Source of the DNA: Selenomonadaceae bacterium
Lineage (GTDB): Bacteria; Bacillota; Negativicutes; Selenomonadales; Selenomonadaceae
DNA: 64,000 nucleotides
Direction: 5' to 3'
Assembly (NCBI GenBank): GCA_017515635.1
Contig: JAFWFO010000001.1
Coordinates: forward strand, 1,162 to 65,161
How positions within the stretch are numbered: the stretch's first letter is position 1; each line of letters opens with the position of its first letter. This document shows positions 8,879 to 18,744 of this stretch, in pieces. The notes below the pieces were generated by a model, which saw only the letters and a list, made by a program, of their open reading frames with translations, was not told the DNA's origin and made no database searches. Position numbers and translations under genes: made by a program.

Positions 8879-11221
8879 TTGAATTTGAAAGTTGACGGCT
8901 TGAAAAAATTTCATTTCATTGGTATCGGCGGCGTCGGCATGAGCGCGCTTGCCAAAATTTTAATCGAGAGCGGTTGCGAAGTCAGCGGCTCGGATATGAA
9001 AAATTCGCCGACTCTGGAAATGCTTAAGAGTATCGGCGCAAAAATTTTTGTCGGACATGACGCGAAAAATATTTTAGACGACGCGGGCAATCCTTGGCCT
9101 GAAGCCGTTGTTTGTTCCAGCGCAATCCCCGGCGACAATCCCGAAATAATTGCGGCGGCGAAGTTCAGAATTCCGAAACTCCACCGCTCCGACATAAATT
9201 CTTATCTGCTCAATTCGCGCAAGGGCATTGCGGTTTCCGGCTCGCACGGCAAAACCACGACAACTTCAATGATTGGTTACGTCTTGCACAGCGCGAACGT
9301 TGACCCGACGATAATTATCGGCGGCGAATCAACCGACTTGGGTACGGGTGCAATTCTCGGCGGCAGCGATTGGCTCGTCACGGAAGCCGACGAAAGCGAC
9401 GGAAGTTTTTTGACGCTCAAGCCGAAAATTGCCGTCGTCACCAACGTCGAAGATGATCACCTTGACCATTACGGCACGATTGAACGAATTCGCGCCGCGT
9501 TTAAAATTTTTATCGAAAACCTCGATCGCGAAACGGGCGTTGCCGTCGTTTGTTTCGACAACGATAATGTCCGCGAAATTGCCGGCGAAGTCGACAGAAA
9601 AATTATTTCCTACGCGATTCATCACGACGCGGACTTTATGGCGCGCAACATTCGCACGACAACCAGAGGCGTCGGCTTTGAAGTTGTTCAGCATGTCGGC
9701 GACGACGAAAAAATTCTCGGCAAAGTTAAGCTCGCGATTCACGGGCGGCATAATGTTTTGAACGCATTGGCGACGATTGCGACAGGTTTGCAAGTCGGCG
9801 TAAGTTTCGCGAAGATTGCCGAAGGTTTACGGACTTTTCACGGCGCAAAAAGACGTTTCCAATCCAAAGGACGAATCAGAAATGTTTTGGTCGTCGACGA
9901 TTACGCGCACCACCCGACGGAAATTGCCGCCACGCTCAAGGCCGCTCGCGAAATTAAACCGAATAAAGTCGTTTGCATTTTTCAGCCGCACCGTTACAGC
10001 CGCACGCAACTTTTGCTGAAGGAATTCGGCAACGCTTTTCGTGATGCGGACGTTTTGATTTTGACGGACATTTATTCTGCCGGCGAAGAAAAAATTTCGG
10101 GCGTCAGCGGCGAATCAATTCTGCATGAAGTTTTGCGCACGACGAATCAAGCCGTGTCGTACATTCCGAAACGCGAAGACATTGCCGCAGCGATTAAAGA
10201 CCAGCTCACGGCGGGCGATTTGGTTATCACTATGGGCGCGGGCGACATTTACAAGACCGGCGAAGAAATTTTGGAACTGCTCAAACAGGAACGCCGCAAA
10301 AAAATTGTCGTCATTGCGGGCGGCACGTCAACCGAGGCCGAAGTTTCACGCCGCACGGGCAAGGCCGTTGTCGACGCGCTTAAATCAAAAAATTACAACG
10401 TCGAAATGCTTGAACTTCAGCCGGAAACTTTTGCCGCCACGATTCGTGAAAAAAATCCGCTGATTGTTTTCAACGCGGTTCACGGAAAATACGGCGAAGA
10501 CGGCTTGATTCAAGGCACGCTCGATATGCTGAAAATTCCTTACACGGGGTCGGGCGTTCTTGCCGCCGCGCTGACGATGGACAAAGTCGCCACGAAACAT
10601 TTTTTGAACTCCGCCAACTTGTCCACGCCGAAATTTGCCGTCTATCGCGAAATTGACCGCACAGACGAACTTGCCGCCGAAGTCGAAAAAAAATTTGGAG
10701 TGCCCGTTGTTATCAAAGCCGCCGCGCAGGGTTCAAGTATCGGCGTGACGATTGTCGAACATGCGGACGACATTGACGAGGCGATTGACAACGCGTTTAC
10801 TTTTGGCGACGAAATTTTGGTTGAAGAATTCATCAAAGGCCGCGAATTGACGGTTGCAGTCATGGGCAACGAAGACGAGGCGGAAGCTCTGCCGATTATC
10901 GAAATCACCACGACAACGGGACGTTACGACTACAAAACGAAATACACTGCCGGCATGTCGACGCACATCTGTCCTGCGGAACTGCCCGAAGATTTGACCG
11001 ACGAAATCAAAAAACTTGCCGTTGCCGCGTTCAAACTTTGCAAATGCGCGGGTGTCGCTCGCGTTGACATGATGCTTTCCGAAAAAAATATTCCTTACGT
11101 TATCGAAGTAAATTCCGTGCCCGGCATGACGGAAACTTCACTTGTCCCCGACGCGGCTCGTGCGGCAGGTATCGAATTCCCCGAACTGTGCGAAAAAATT
11201 TTGGCGGCGGCGGGCTTCTGA
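8879..11221 (+). CDS. murC: bifunctional UDP-N-acetylmuramate--L-alanine ligase / D-alanine--D-alanine ligase (MurC-Ddl fusion)
   Basis: A single 780-aa ORF. The N-half carries FIGIGGVGMSALA and SGSHGKTTT (MurC). The C-half has an ATP-grasp ending EVNSVPGMTETSLVP (Ddl). TTG start behind GAGGAGG. Confidence 0.92.
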   Translation: MNLKVDGLKKFHFIGIGGVGMSALAKILIESGCEVSGSDMKNSPTLEMLKSIGAKIFVGHDAKNILDDAGNPWPEAVVCSSAIPGDNPEIIAAAKFRIPKLHRSDINSYLLNSRKGIAVSGSHGKTTTTSMIGYVLHSANVDPTIIIGGESTDLGTGAILGGSDWLVTEADESDGSFLTLKPKIAVVTNVEDDHLDHYGTIERIRAAFKIFIENLDRETGVAVVCFDNDNVREIAGEVDRKIISYAIHHDADFMARNIRTTTRGVGFEVVQHVGDDEKILGKVKLAIHGRHNVLNALATIATGLQVGVSFAKIAEGLRTFHGAKRRFQSKGRIRNVLVVDDYAHHPTEIAATLKAAREIKPNKVVCIFQPHRYSRTQLLLKEFGNAFRDADVLILTDIYSAGEEKISGVSGESILHEVLRTTNQAVSYIPKREDIAAAIKDQLTAGDLVITMGAGDIYKTGEEILELLKQERRKKIVVIAGGTSTEAEVSRRTGKAVVDALKSKNYNVEMLELQPETFAATIREKNPLIVFNAVHGKYGEDGLIQGTLDMLKIPYTGSGVLAAALTMDKVATKHFLNSANLSTPKFAVYREIDRTDELAAEVEKKFGVPVVIKAAAQGSSIGVTIVEHADDIDEAIDNAFTFGDEILVEEFIKGRELTVAVMGNEDEAEALPIIEITTTTGRYDYKTKYTAGMSTHICPAELPEDLTDEIKKLAVAAFKLCKCAGVARVDMMLSEKNIPYVIEVNSVPGMTETSLVPDAARAAGIEFPELCEKILAAAGF

Positions 11222-11222
11222 A

Positions 11223-11501
11223 ATGAAATATTTTTTCTCCGAAATTGACGAAGTAACTTTGACGTTCAGTGATATTCACGTCAATCGCAACGGCATGGAG
11301 TATATCCGAATTTATTTTGAGCATCCGAATTCGGACGGCTTTGATTTTTTGGAATCAACTTTGCCGACTTTGCAGATAAAAAATTCTTGCGGCTTCGACA
11401 AAGACGAATCGGCTAAACTTTTGGACTATGCGCGGACAAATGCCTTTTTGATTTGGGAAATTGCCCGCGAAGGCGGTGAAAAAATTGCCGCAAGTCTGTA
11501 G
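11223..11501 (+). CDS. hypothetical protein (92 aa)
   Basis: ATG lies 1 nt after the murC-ddl stop, and the ORF ends in TAG. No recognisable motif. Its end overlaps the following DUF4160-like ORF. Confidence 0.45.
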   Translation: MKYFFSEIDEVTLTFSDIHVNRNGMEYIRIYFEHPNSDGFDFLESTLPTLQIKNSCGFDKDESAKLLDYARTNAFLIWEIAREGGEKIAASL

Positions 11502-11733
11502 ACTGCTCGGTTACATAATTTTCTTTTGGTCAAACGAAAACAATGAGCCTGTTCATGTTCACGTTTGCAAGGGCAAGCCGCACGAAGACGCGACAAAAAT
11601 TTGGATTGAAGACGAGCCGCGATTGTAGCACAACAAAAGTCAAATTCCCGCCAAAGATTTAAACCGAATCATGCAGTGGTTGGCGGCAAACAGAAATTTT
11701 GTCGTGGACAAATGGAATAAACATTTCAACTGA
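11485..11733 (+). pseudogene. DUF4160-family gene interrupted by one in-frame TAG (11626-11628)
   Basis: Reading from TTG 11485 gives (M)PQVCRLLGYIIFFWSNENNEPVHVHVCKGKPHEDATKIWIEDEPRL*HNKSQIPAKDLNRIMQWLAANRNFVVDKWNKHFN. The G..I.F......EP.HVHV core and the ..W C-terminal part lie in the same frame on either side of the TAG. Confidence 0.6.
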
Positions 11734-11757
11734 GTGACGCGTTTCGGAGGTGAAAAC

Positions 11758-12495
11758 ATGGCGGTTATAAGACGGCGACGCAGATTCGGCAGATTGTTTC
11801 GCGGAATAATTTTTCTGTTCGTCAGCGCGATGGTTTTAAGTTTTTTCGTTTATGTGCCGTTCTTTACGCTCGAAAATATTAAACTCGTCGGCGCAAAATA
11901 TTTGACGCAGGAAGACATCATGCGAATTGGCGAAATTTATTTGGGCGAACCGCTTTTCAAACTCGAAACCGACCAAGTTCAAAGCCGCCTGTCAAAAGAT
12001 CTGCGAATCGAAGAAGTCACCGTAAAAAGAAATTTGCCGCACACGCTCGAAGTCACGATTAAGGAACGCCGCCCGATTGCAACCGTCGCTTGCAATTACG
12101 GCTATCTCGACATCGATCACGACGGAACAGTTTTGGACAGCTATAAAAGCTTGAAGATGATGAGAATCCCGATGATTAACGGCGTGCGCGTGCGCGATTT
12201 ATATATCGGCGACAAAGTTGACGACGAGTTGATAAAAAAAATTCTCGACTTCCTTCAGCGGCTCGACGAGGAAACGCTTAACGGCATTTCCGAAGTCGCT
12301 TTCGTTGAGGAAGATTACGTCGTCATGTACACCGCAACCGAACGCGCCGTGCAAATTCGTATCGGCAAACTTGAGCGGCTCGACGAAAAAGCACGCTTGA
12401 CGGAAGATTTTCTGCGCGATTTGGAAACGAATCCTCATCCCGTCGAATACGTCGATTTCAATTACACTGCGCCGTTTATCAAACTTGCTCAATAA
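11758..12495 (+). CDS. ftsQ: cell division protein FtsQ/DivIB
   Basis: Arg-rich N-terminus, a single TM segment and a POTRA-like region, at the dcw position after ddl. ATG 11758 lies behind GGAGG; the track start is 11734. Confidence 0.85.
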   Translation: MAVIRRRRRFGRLFRGIIFLFVSAMVLSFFVYVPFFTLENIKLVGAKYLTQEDIMRIGEIYLGEPLFKLETDQVQSRLSKDLRIEEVTVKRNLPHTLEVTIKERRPIATVACNYGYLDIDHDGTVLDSYKSLKMMRIPMINGVRVRDLYIGDKVDDELIKKILDFLQRLDEETLNGISEVAFVEEDYVVMYTATERAVQIRIGKLERLDEKARLTEDFLRDLETNPHPVEYVDFNYTAPFIKLAQ

Positions 12496-12531
12496 AAAAA
12501 TCCCCGTTCGATTGAGCGGGGAAATTTTTTT
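12494..12531. terminator. bidirectional terminator between ftsQ and sstT
   Basis: A7-TCCCCG-loop-CGGGGA-A3T7. Confidence 0.8.
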
Positions 12532-12547
12532 GTCCGTTTAAAAATTA

Positions 12548-13798
12548 TCATTCAGCGCGGGGCGTCAAGTCCGAAGCTTTAAGTTTGCCTGCTTTTTTGC
12601 GTTCAGCAAATTCCGCAGTCGCCGTGAAAAGCGCGTCACTCGACGAATTCAGCGCAGTTTCGCACGAGTCTTGCAACACGCCGATAATAAATCCGACGCC
12701 GACAACCTGCATTGCAATATCGTTGTCGATACCGAAACTTGCGCACGCAACGGGAATCAGCAAAAGCGAGCCGCCCGCAACGCCCGACGCTCCGCACGCG
12801 CCGACGGTTGAAATTATGCACAGCAACAACGCAGTCGGCATGTCAACGGAAATTCCCAACGTGTTCGCCGCCGCCAAACTTAAAACCGCAATCGTAATCG
12901 CCGCGCCCGCCATGTTAATCGTCGCGCCGAGAGGAATTGAAATCGAATACAAATCTTCGTTCAAGCCCAGACGTTTGCAAAGGCTCATGTTGACGGGAAT
13001 ATTCGCCGCACTCGAACGCGTGAAGAATGCGTAAATGCCGCTTTCCTTAAGCGTCGCCAAAACGAGCGGATAAGGATTCATGCCGAGTTTGAAGAAAACA
13101 ATTATCGGATTCATAATCAACGCCACGGAGAAGAACGCGCCCAAAAGTACCGCCAAAAGTTTCGCGTAGCCGAGGAGCGCATCAACGCCGCTGGTTGCAA
13201 TCGCGTCTGCAACAAGTCCCATGATACCGAACGGCGCGAAACGAATCACCCATTGCACGACTTTGGTGACGGCTTTGGCAACGTCGCTCAAAACTTCGTG
13301 GAGTTCGTCGCCCGCGTTACGGAATGCCAAACCCATAATCACGCCCCAAGCAAGAATTCCGATATAATTTGCCGTCGTCAGCGCGTGAATCGGATTGTCA
13401 ACGACGTTCATGATGACATTTTGCAAAACTTCAATGATGCCGCCCGGCGGAGTGATTGTCGTGTCCGCGCTGATTTGCAATTTCAATGTCGTTGGGAACA
13501 GGAAAGACGCCGTGACCGCAACCAGTGACGCCAGAAACGTTCCGATGACGTAAAGTTGAATTATCGGCTTCATTGTCGAATTTGATTCGGAGCGTTGGCT
13601 CATTGCGTTCATGACTAAAACGAAAACCAAAATCGGCGCGACGCCCTTCAACGCCTTGACGAAAAGTTGACCGAAAACCGCAATGAACGGCACGACCGCC
13701 GGCACGAACAAAGCCAACACAATACCGACAACCAAACCCACGGCGATTAATTTTATCAGCGCGGTTTCGCCGTAAGCTTTTGTAACTTTGGATAACAA
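12548..13798 (-). CDS. sstT: serine/threonine transporter SstT (DAACS family)
   Basis: 416 aa and polytopic. The N-terminus [18 protein letters not shown]...[21 protein letters not shown] and the overall pattern are typical of SstT. Confidence 0.85.
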   Translation of the reverse strand: MLSKVTKAYGETALIKLIAVGLVVGIVLALFVPAVVPFIAVFGQLFVKALKGVAPILVFVLVMNAMSQRSESNSTMKPIIQLYVIGTFLASLVAVTASFLFPTTLKLQISADTTITPPGGIIEVLQNVIMNVVDNPIHALTTANYIGILAWGVIMGLAFRNAGDELHEVLSDVAKAVTKVVQWVIRFAPFGIMGLVADAIATSGVDALLGYAKLLAVLLGAFFSVALIMNPIIVFFKLGMNPYPLVLATLKESGIYAFFTRSSAANIPVNMSLCKRLGLNEDLYSISIPLGATINMAGAAITIAVLSLAAANTLGISVDMPTALLLCIISTVGACGASGVAGGSLLLIPVACASFGIDNDIAMQVVGVGFIIGVLQDSCETALNSSSDALFTATAEFAERKKAGKLKASDLTPRAE

Positions 13799-14047
13799 GA
13801 TATAACCTCCTCATTTGAAAATAAAAAACTCCGTTGCATTATACAACCGAATCAATAAGCGTGCAAAATTTTTTGGCTGTATCGACGTTGCGGCAGGAGC
13901 AACGTGACGTTGCATCCAATTTGATTGACGTTTCGACGAGCAATCGGCATATGTGAAGATTTTTATTTCGACACGGCAGGAACTTTTTCGGCGGGCGCGA
14001 AAACTTCAAAGCAAATTCAATTCGTGAAAACGAAAGGAGCATATTAA

Positions 14048-15319
14048 ATGGTTGGTGTCAGAAAAGTTGTAGCGATAGTTTGCGGCGGTGGTCCCGCGCC
14101 CGGTATGAACGCCGTCATCAATGCGGTAACGAACACCGCGAACCGTCACGGTTGGGACGTTCTCGGCATGTACGACGGATTTTCGCATCTCGGTCGAGGC
14201 GAAAAAAGTTACATTCGCCTTGATTCGTCCGTCGTCAACAGAATTCATTTGACGGGCGGTTGTATTCTGCGCATGTCGCGTTTCAACCCCACGAAAAAAG
14301 AATCCGACTTGCGCACGGTCGTCGACACGTTGACTGAACTCGGCGTCGGCTATCTCGTGACAATCGGCGGCGACGATACCGCCTTCAGCTCATCGGCTGT
14401 TTCCGAATACGCCCGCAAACTCGGCAGGACGATTAACGTCGTGCACGTCCCGAAAACCATCGATAACGATTTGCCGTTGCCCGAAGGCATTCCGACTTTC
14501 GGCTTTGAAACCGCCCGCGCATTCGGCACGACGGAAATTCAAAACCTCATGGAGGACGCGCACACCTCGAACAATCGCTGGTACTTCACAATCGCAATGG
14601 GACGCACGGCAGGACATCTCGCGTTGGGCATGGGACGCAGTGCAGGTGCCGCCGTTACTATTATCCCTGAAGAATTCCCGCAGGAAAAAATTCGTCTGCA
14701 ACAGGTCGTTGACATTATCACCGGCTCGATTGTCAAACGCTACCTTATCGGCAAAAATTACGGCGTTGCGGTCGTCGCTGAAGGCGTCATCGAAAAAATT
14801 GCTGAGGAAGATTTCCAAGAACTCGGCAACGTCGTCCTCGACGAACACGGCCACATTCGTTATGCGGAATTGGACTTCGGCGAAATTCTTAAGCAAAAAG
14901 TTTTGTCGGAACTCAAACGCCTTGATTTGAAATTCTCAATCGTCGACAAAGAAATCGGCTACGAACTGCGTTGCACGGCTCCGATCGCTTACGACATCGA
15001 CTATGCCCGCAATTTGGGTTACGAAGCAATGCAATTCCTTATGCGCGGCGACAGTGGTGCACTTATCACGATTCAAGACAACAAGGCCGTTCCGCTCCGC
15101 TTTGAAGACATTCGCGACCCCGCCACGGGTAAAACTTTCGTGCGCAGAGTCAACATCGATTCCGTTCACTACAGAATTGCTCGCGGCTTCATGACTCGCC
15201 TTGAACGTGACGATTTGGATGACGCCGGTGTTGCCAACGCATTCCGCATGAGCCCCGAAGAATTCAAAAATCGCTACATGTATTTGTTCGACGAAGAACC
15301 GACGCTTAACAATGCGTAA
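14048..15319 (+). CDS. pfp: pyrophosphate-dependent 6-phosphofructokinase (PPi-PFK type)
   Basis: GGGPAPGMN is present. GGDDT and PKTIDND replace the GGDGS and PGTIDND of ATP-dependent PFKs. The Asp and Lys substitutions are the established PPi-specificity markers. Confidence 0.85.
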   Translation: MVGVRKVVAIVCGGGPAPGMNAVINAVTNTANRHGWDVLGMYDGFSHLGRGEKSYIRLDSSVVNRIHLTGGCILRMSRFNPTKKESDLRTVVDTLTELGVGYLVTIGGDDTAFSSSAVSEYARKLGRTINVVHVPKTIDNDLPLPEGIPTFGFETARAFGTTEIQNLMEDAHTSNNRWYFTIAMGRTAGHLALGMGRSAGAAVTIIPEEFPQEKIRLQQVVDIITGSIVKRYLIGKNYGVAVVAEGVIEKIAEEDFQELGNVVLDEHGHIRYAELDFGEILKQKVLSELKRLDLKFSIVDKEIGYELRCTAPIAYDIDYARNLGYEAMQFLMRGDSGALITIQDNKAVPLRFEDIRDPATGKTFVRRVNIDSVHYRIARGFMTRLERDDLDDAGVANAFRMSPEEFKNRYMYLFDEEPTLNNA

Positions 15320-15342
15320 TGCGTAATGCTTAATGCGTAATT
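15311..15342 (+). repeat. GCGTAAT heptamer tandem repeat (4 units) carrying the pfp stop codon
   Basis: AATGCGTAATGCGTAATGCTTAATGCGTAATT. TAA occurs at 15317, 15324, 15331 and 15338, which covers all three frames. Confidence 0.9.
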
Positions 15343-15383
15343 GAAAAAATCCCCGACGCTCGATTGAACGTTGGGGATTTTTG
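15343..15383. terminator. bidirectional terminator between pfp and mrdA
   Basis: A6-ATCCCCGACG-loop-CGTTGGGGAT-T4. Confidence 0.8.
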
Positions 15384-15396
15384 ATTGTCGATTTAA

Positions 15397-17202
15397 TTAA
15401 CGCGCCGACGGAGCCGCCATTTCGCCGCGTTGAATCATCAACTCAAAAGCTTTTTCCATAATCACGCGCCCGATAGGAACTGCGGAAACCGCACCGAAAC
15501 TTCCGTTTTCGACGATAACCGCGACGCTGATTGTCGGATTGTCAAATGGCCCGTAGCCGACAAACCAGCCGTGGTCGACGCCTTGAGAGTTTTCCGCCGT
15601 GCCGGTCTTGCCCGCGATTTCATACGGGAAGCCGACAAAGTTTCGCGCCGCCGTGCCGTTTTTGGTAACGTCATTCAAGCCCGATTGCACAAGCTCAATA
15701 ACCCACGGCTCAACTTGCAACTCGCTGAGCAATTCGGGCTGAAAATCTTTGATGACTTCCTTATCTTGCGTGACGATTTGTTTAACCAAATGCGGCTTGT
15801 AACGTTTGCCGTTCGCCGCGATTTCGCCCATGACCATTGCCGCTTGCAAAGGCGTCACCAGATTGAAGCCTTGACCGATAGCCGCGTCCATGATTTCCGA
15901 AAGATAAAAATCGTCTTCGTAAACTTCGCGCTTGTATTCTTTCCAGTCGGAAAGTCCCGGCGATTCGTAAGGCAAATCAATTCCCGTCACGGAACCAAGC
16001 CCGAACATTCGCGCATAATGCTCAAGCAAGTCGGCACCGAGTCTGTTGCCCATTTCGTAAAAATAAACGTTATCCGAGTGTGAAAGCGCGGTGTGAAAAT
16101 CCAGCCAACCGAGAGCCTCGCCGCCCGCGTTGCCTTTGGGAACGAGCCAGTGCGTGCCGCCGTCGAAAATCATTTCGTAGGGATCAACTTTGCCCGAAGC
16201 AAGAGCCGCCGTGCCAGTGACAATTTTGAACGTCGAACCGGGCGGATATTCGCCCGTTATCGCCTTGTTGTCCATCGGGTGGTAAGGATTTTCGTTAATC
16301 GCGTTCCAGTCTTTGGTTGAAATGCCGTGCGCGAAAAGATTCGGGTCGAATGCGGGACGAGAGACCAACGCAAGCACTTCGCCCGTCTGAGGATTCAAAA
16401 CGACGGCAGCCGCCGCGTGACAGCCGAGCGCGCTCAACATGTCGTCGACGGCTTTTTCGGACGCTTCCTGTAAATCTTTGTCAATCGTCAAAATTAAATC
16501 GTAACCGGGTTTCGGCTCCTTCTTGCCGAGAATTTGGACGGGTTTGCCCGCCACGTCAACTTCAACTTGTTCACCGCCGTTTTCGCCGCGAATTTCTTTG
16601 TCGTAAACTTTTTCAAGCCCGAACTTGCCGATAATATCGCCGGACTTGTAGCCTTCTTCTTTTTTGCGTTCAAGTTCCGCGTCGGAAATTTCGCTGACGT
16701 AGCCGAAAGTGTGTGCGCCTTCCTGCTTGAGTATGTAATTTCTAATCGGCTGAACTTCGATAACGACGCCCGGGTATAAATCTTTTTGCTCCTCGATAAT
16801 CGAAACGATGTCTTGCGTCACGTCGAGGCGAATTCGTATCGGATCGAAGCCCGAATGCACGGAAATTTTTTGCTGAATATCTTCAATCGGCACGTTCAAA
16901 AGTTTTGAGATTCGTGCGACGACTTCAGGCGAAATCGGCTCCGTTAACGGCAAAAGACTTACCGTAAAGCCCGGGCGATTTGTCACGAGCAGTTGACCGT
17001 TGCGGTCGTAAAAAGTTCCACGCGGTGCCATTGACGGGATAATTCGGATTCGGTTGCCGTCCGCCAAATGCGCGTAATATTCGCCGTCGTAAATCTGCAG
17101 GTAGCCGACGCGGGCAATCAAAATAAAAATTACGAGCGTCACCATTATCGCCAAAGGTTTAAGTCGCCCGATATATTCTTCGCCGTTGTTGTTATCTATC
17201 AC
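15397..17202 (-). CDS. mrdA: penicillin-binding protein 2 (peptidoglycan D,D-transpeptidase)
   Basis: N-terminal TM segment, and the STFK, SHSDN (SxN) and KTGTAE motifs in the canonical order. Confidence 0.9.
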   Translation of the reverse strand: MIDNNNGEEYIGRLKPLAIMVTLVIFILIARVGYLQIYDGEYYAHLADGNRIRIIPSMAPRGTFYDRNGQLLVTNRPGFTVSLLPLTEPISPEVVARISKLLNVPIEDIQQKISVHSGFDPIRIRLDVTQDIVSIIEEQKDLYPGVVIEVQPIRNYILKQEGAHTFGYVSEISDAELERKKEEGYKSGDIIGKFGLEKVYDKEIRGENGGEQVEVDVAGKPVQILGKKEPKPGYDLILTIDKDLQEASEKAVDDMLSALGCHAAAAVVLNPQTGEVLALVSRPAFDPNLFAHGISTKDWNAINENPYHPMDNKAITGEYPPGSTFKIVTGTAALASGKVDPYEMIFDGGTHWLVPKGNAGGEALGWLDFHTALSHSDNVYFYEMGNRLGADLLEHYARMFGLGSVTGIDLPYESPGLSDWKEYKREVYEDDFYLSEIMDAAIGQGFNLVTPLQAAMVMGEIAANGKRYKPHLVKQIVTQDKEVIKDFQPELLSELQVEPWVIELVQSGLNDVTKNGTAARNFVGFPYEIAGKTGTAENSQGVDHGWFVGYGPFDNPTISVAVIVENGSFGAVSAVPIGRVIMEKAFELMIQRGEMAAPSAR

Positions 17203-17272
17203 GATAAAATTTCCTCCGCAAAATTTTTAGGTTATAATTGCCGCGATTATAGCACGCGAAGGAGATTTTGTA

Positions 17273-18694
17273 ATGCGAAATAATTTTTACGCGCCGATTG
17301 TCGACGCCATGAAAAAATATTCGGCGGATAAAGTTTTACCGTTTCACACGCCAGGACACAAGCACGGTCGCGGCGCACATGAATTTTTGCGAGAACTGTT
17401 GACGCCCGAAGGTTTTCGGCAGGAAGTTTCGTTAATGGACGAACTGGACGACTTGCACGCGCCGCACGCCTGCATTAAACGCGCTCAAGAATTGGCGGCA
17501 AAACTTTGGCACGCGGACGAAACAATTTTTTTCGTCAACGGGACAACTTCCGCGATTCAAGCAATGATTTTCGGGACGCTCAAGCCGAACGATTTAATTT
17601 TCGTGCCGCGCAACGCCCATCGTTCGGTAATTTCGGGATTGATTTTGTCGGGCGCGACGCCGATATTTTTGCCCGTGGAATTCGACGCCGAATTTAATTT
17701 GCCGCTCAACGTCACAGTCAAAACGGTCACGCGGGCGATAAAAAAATTCCCGCAGGCAAAAGCGTTGTTGCTCGTGTCGCCGAATTATTACGGCGTGGCG
17801 GCGGACGTACGAAAAATTTCGGAACTCGTTCACGCGGCGGGCATGATTCTTTTGGTCGACGAAGCTCACGGCGCACATTTGCAATTCAGCGACGAACTTC
17901 CGCTTTCGGCTATGGATTCGGGCGCAGATTTGGCGGCACAATCCACGCACAAAATTTTAGGCTCGTTGACGCAAACTTCAATGTTGCACATGCGAAAAAA
18001 TTTTTCCGCGCAGGTCAAGCGGGCGGCAAGTTTGTTGCAGACGACAAGCCCGAATCAAATTTTGTTGGCGTCGCTGGACGTTGCGCGATTGCAAATGGAA
18101 GTTGACGGACGCGGATTGATTCAAGCGGCGGTTGAGCTGTCGAAAAATCTGCGCGGGCAGTTGAAACGAATCGGCTTGAAAGTTTTCGACGCACCGAAAA
18201 ATTTTTCATTCGACCCGACGAAAGTCACCGTCAACGTTTCGGAACTCGGCTTGACGGGCGCACAGGCTGAAGAAATTTTGCGGCACGAATTGAAAATCCA
18301 ATGCGAACTTTCGGACGCGGCGAACGTTTTATTTTTGCTGACTTTCGCTGATGACGAATCAACCGTTACAAAACTCGTCGACGCGCTGAAACTTTTGCCC
18401 GCCCGCGAATCGATAAAAATTTCGTCGACGAACTTGCCGCGTGAAATTTCTCGTGCGAAACTTTCACCGCGAGAAACTTTTTACGCGCCGACAATTTCTG
18501 TCAAACTGCGTGACGCCATAGGAAAAATCTGCGCAGAAGAAGTAACATTTTATCCGCCCGGTATTCCCCTGTTAATGCCTGGCGAAGAAATTTCCGCGCA
18601 GGTCGTCGAACAGATTGAACGCGAAAAACTTTCGGGCGGGAAAATTTTTGGCGTCGAAGATTCAACATTGAACACGATAAAAATTGTTTGCTGA
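17273..18694 (+). CDS. PLP-dependent Orn/Lys/Arg decarboxylase family protein
   Basis: PFHTPGHK near the N-terminus, DEAHGAH, and STHKILGSLTQ (PLP lysine). The length of 473 aa resembles Bacillus SpeA/YaaO. Confidence 0.85.
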   Translation: MRNNFYAPIVDAMKKYSADKVLPFHTPGHKHGRGAHEFLRELLTPEGFRQEVSLMDELDDLHAPHACIKRAQELAAKLWHADETIFFVNGTTSAIQAMIFGTLKPNDLIFVPRNAHRSVISGLILSGATPIFLPVEFDAEFNLPLNVTVKTVTRAIKKFPQAKALLLVSPNYYGVAADVRKISELVHAAGMILLVDEAHGAHLQFSDELPLSAMDSGADLAAQSTHKILGSLTQTSMLHMRKNFSAQVKRAASLLQTTSPNQILLASLDVARLQMEVDGRGLIQAAVELSKNLRGQLKRIGLKVFDAPKNFSFDPTKVTVNVSELGLTGAQAEEILRHELKIQCELSDAANVLFLLTFADDESTVTKLVDALKLLPARESIKISSTNLPREISRAKLSPRETFYAPTISVKLRDAIGKICAEEVTFYPPGIPLLMPGEEISAQVVEQIEREKLSGGKIFGVEDSTLNTIKIVC

Positions 18695-18744
18695 AAAATT
18701 TCATGATATAATGCCGTAAAATTTTTTGAAGGATAGGCGTTTAA

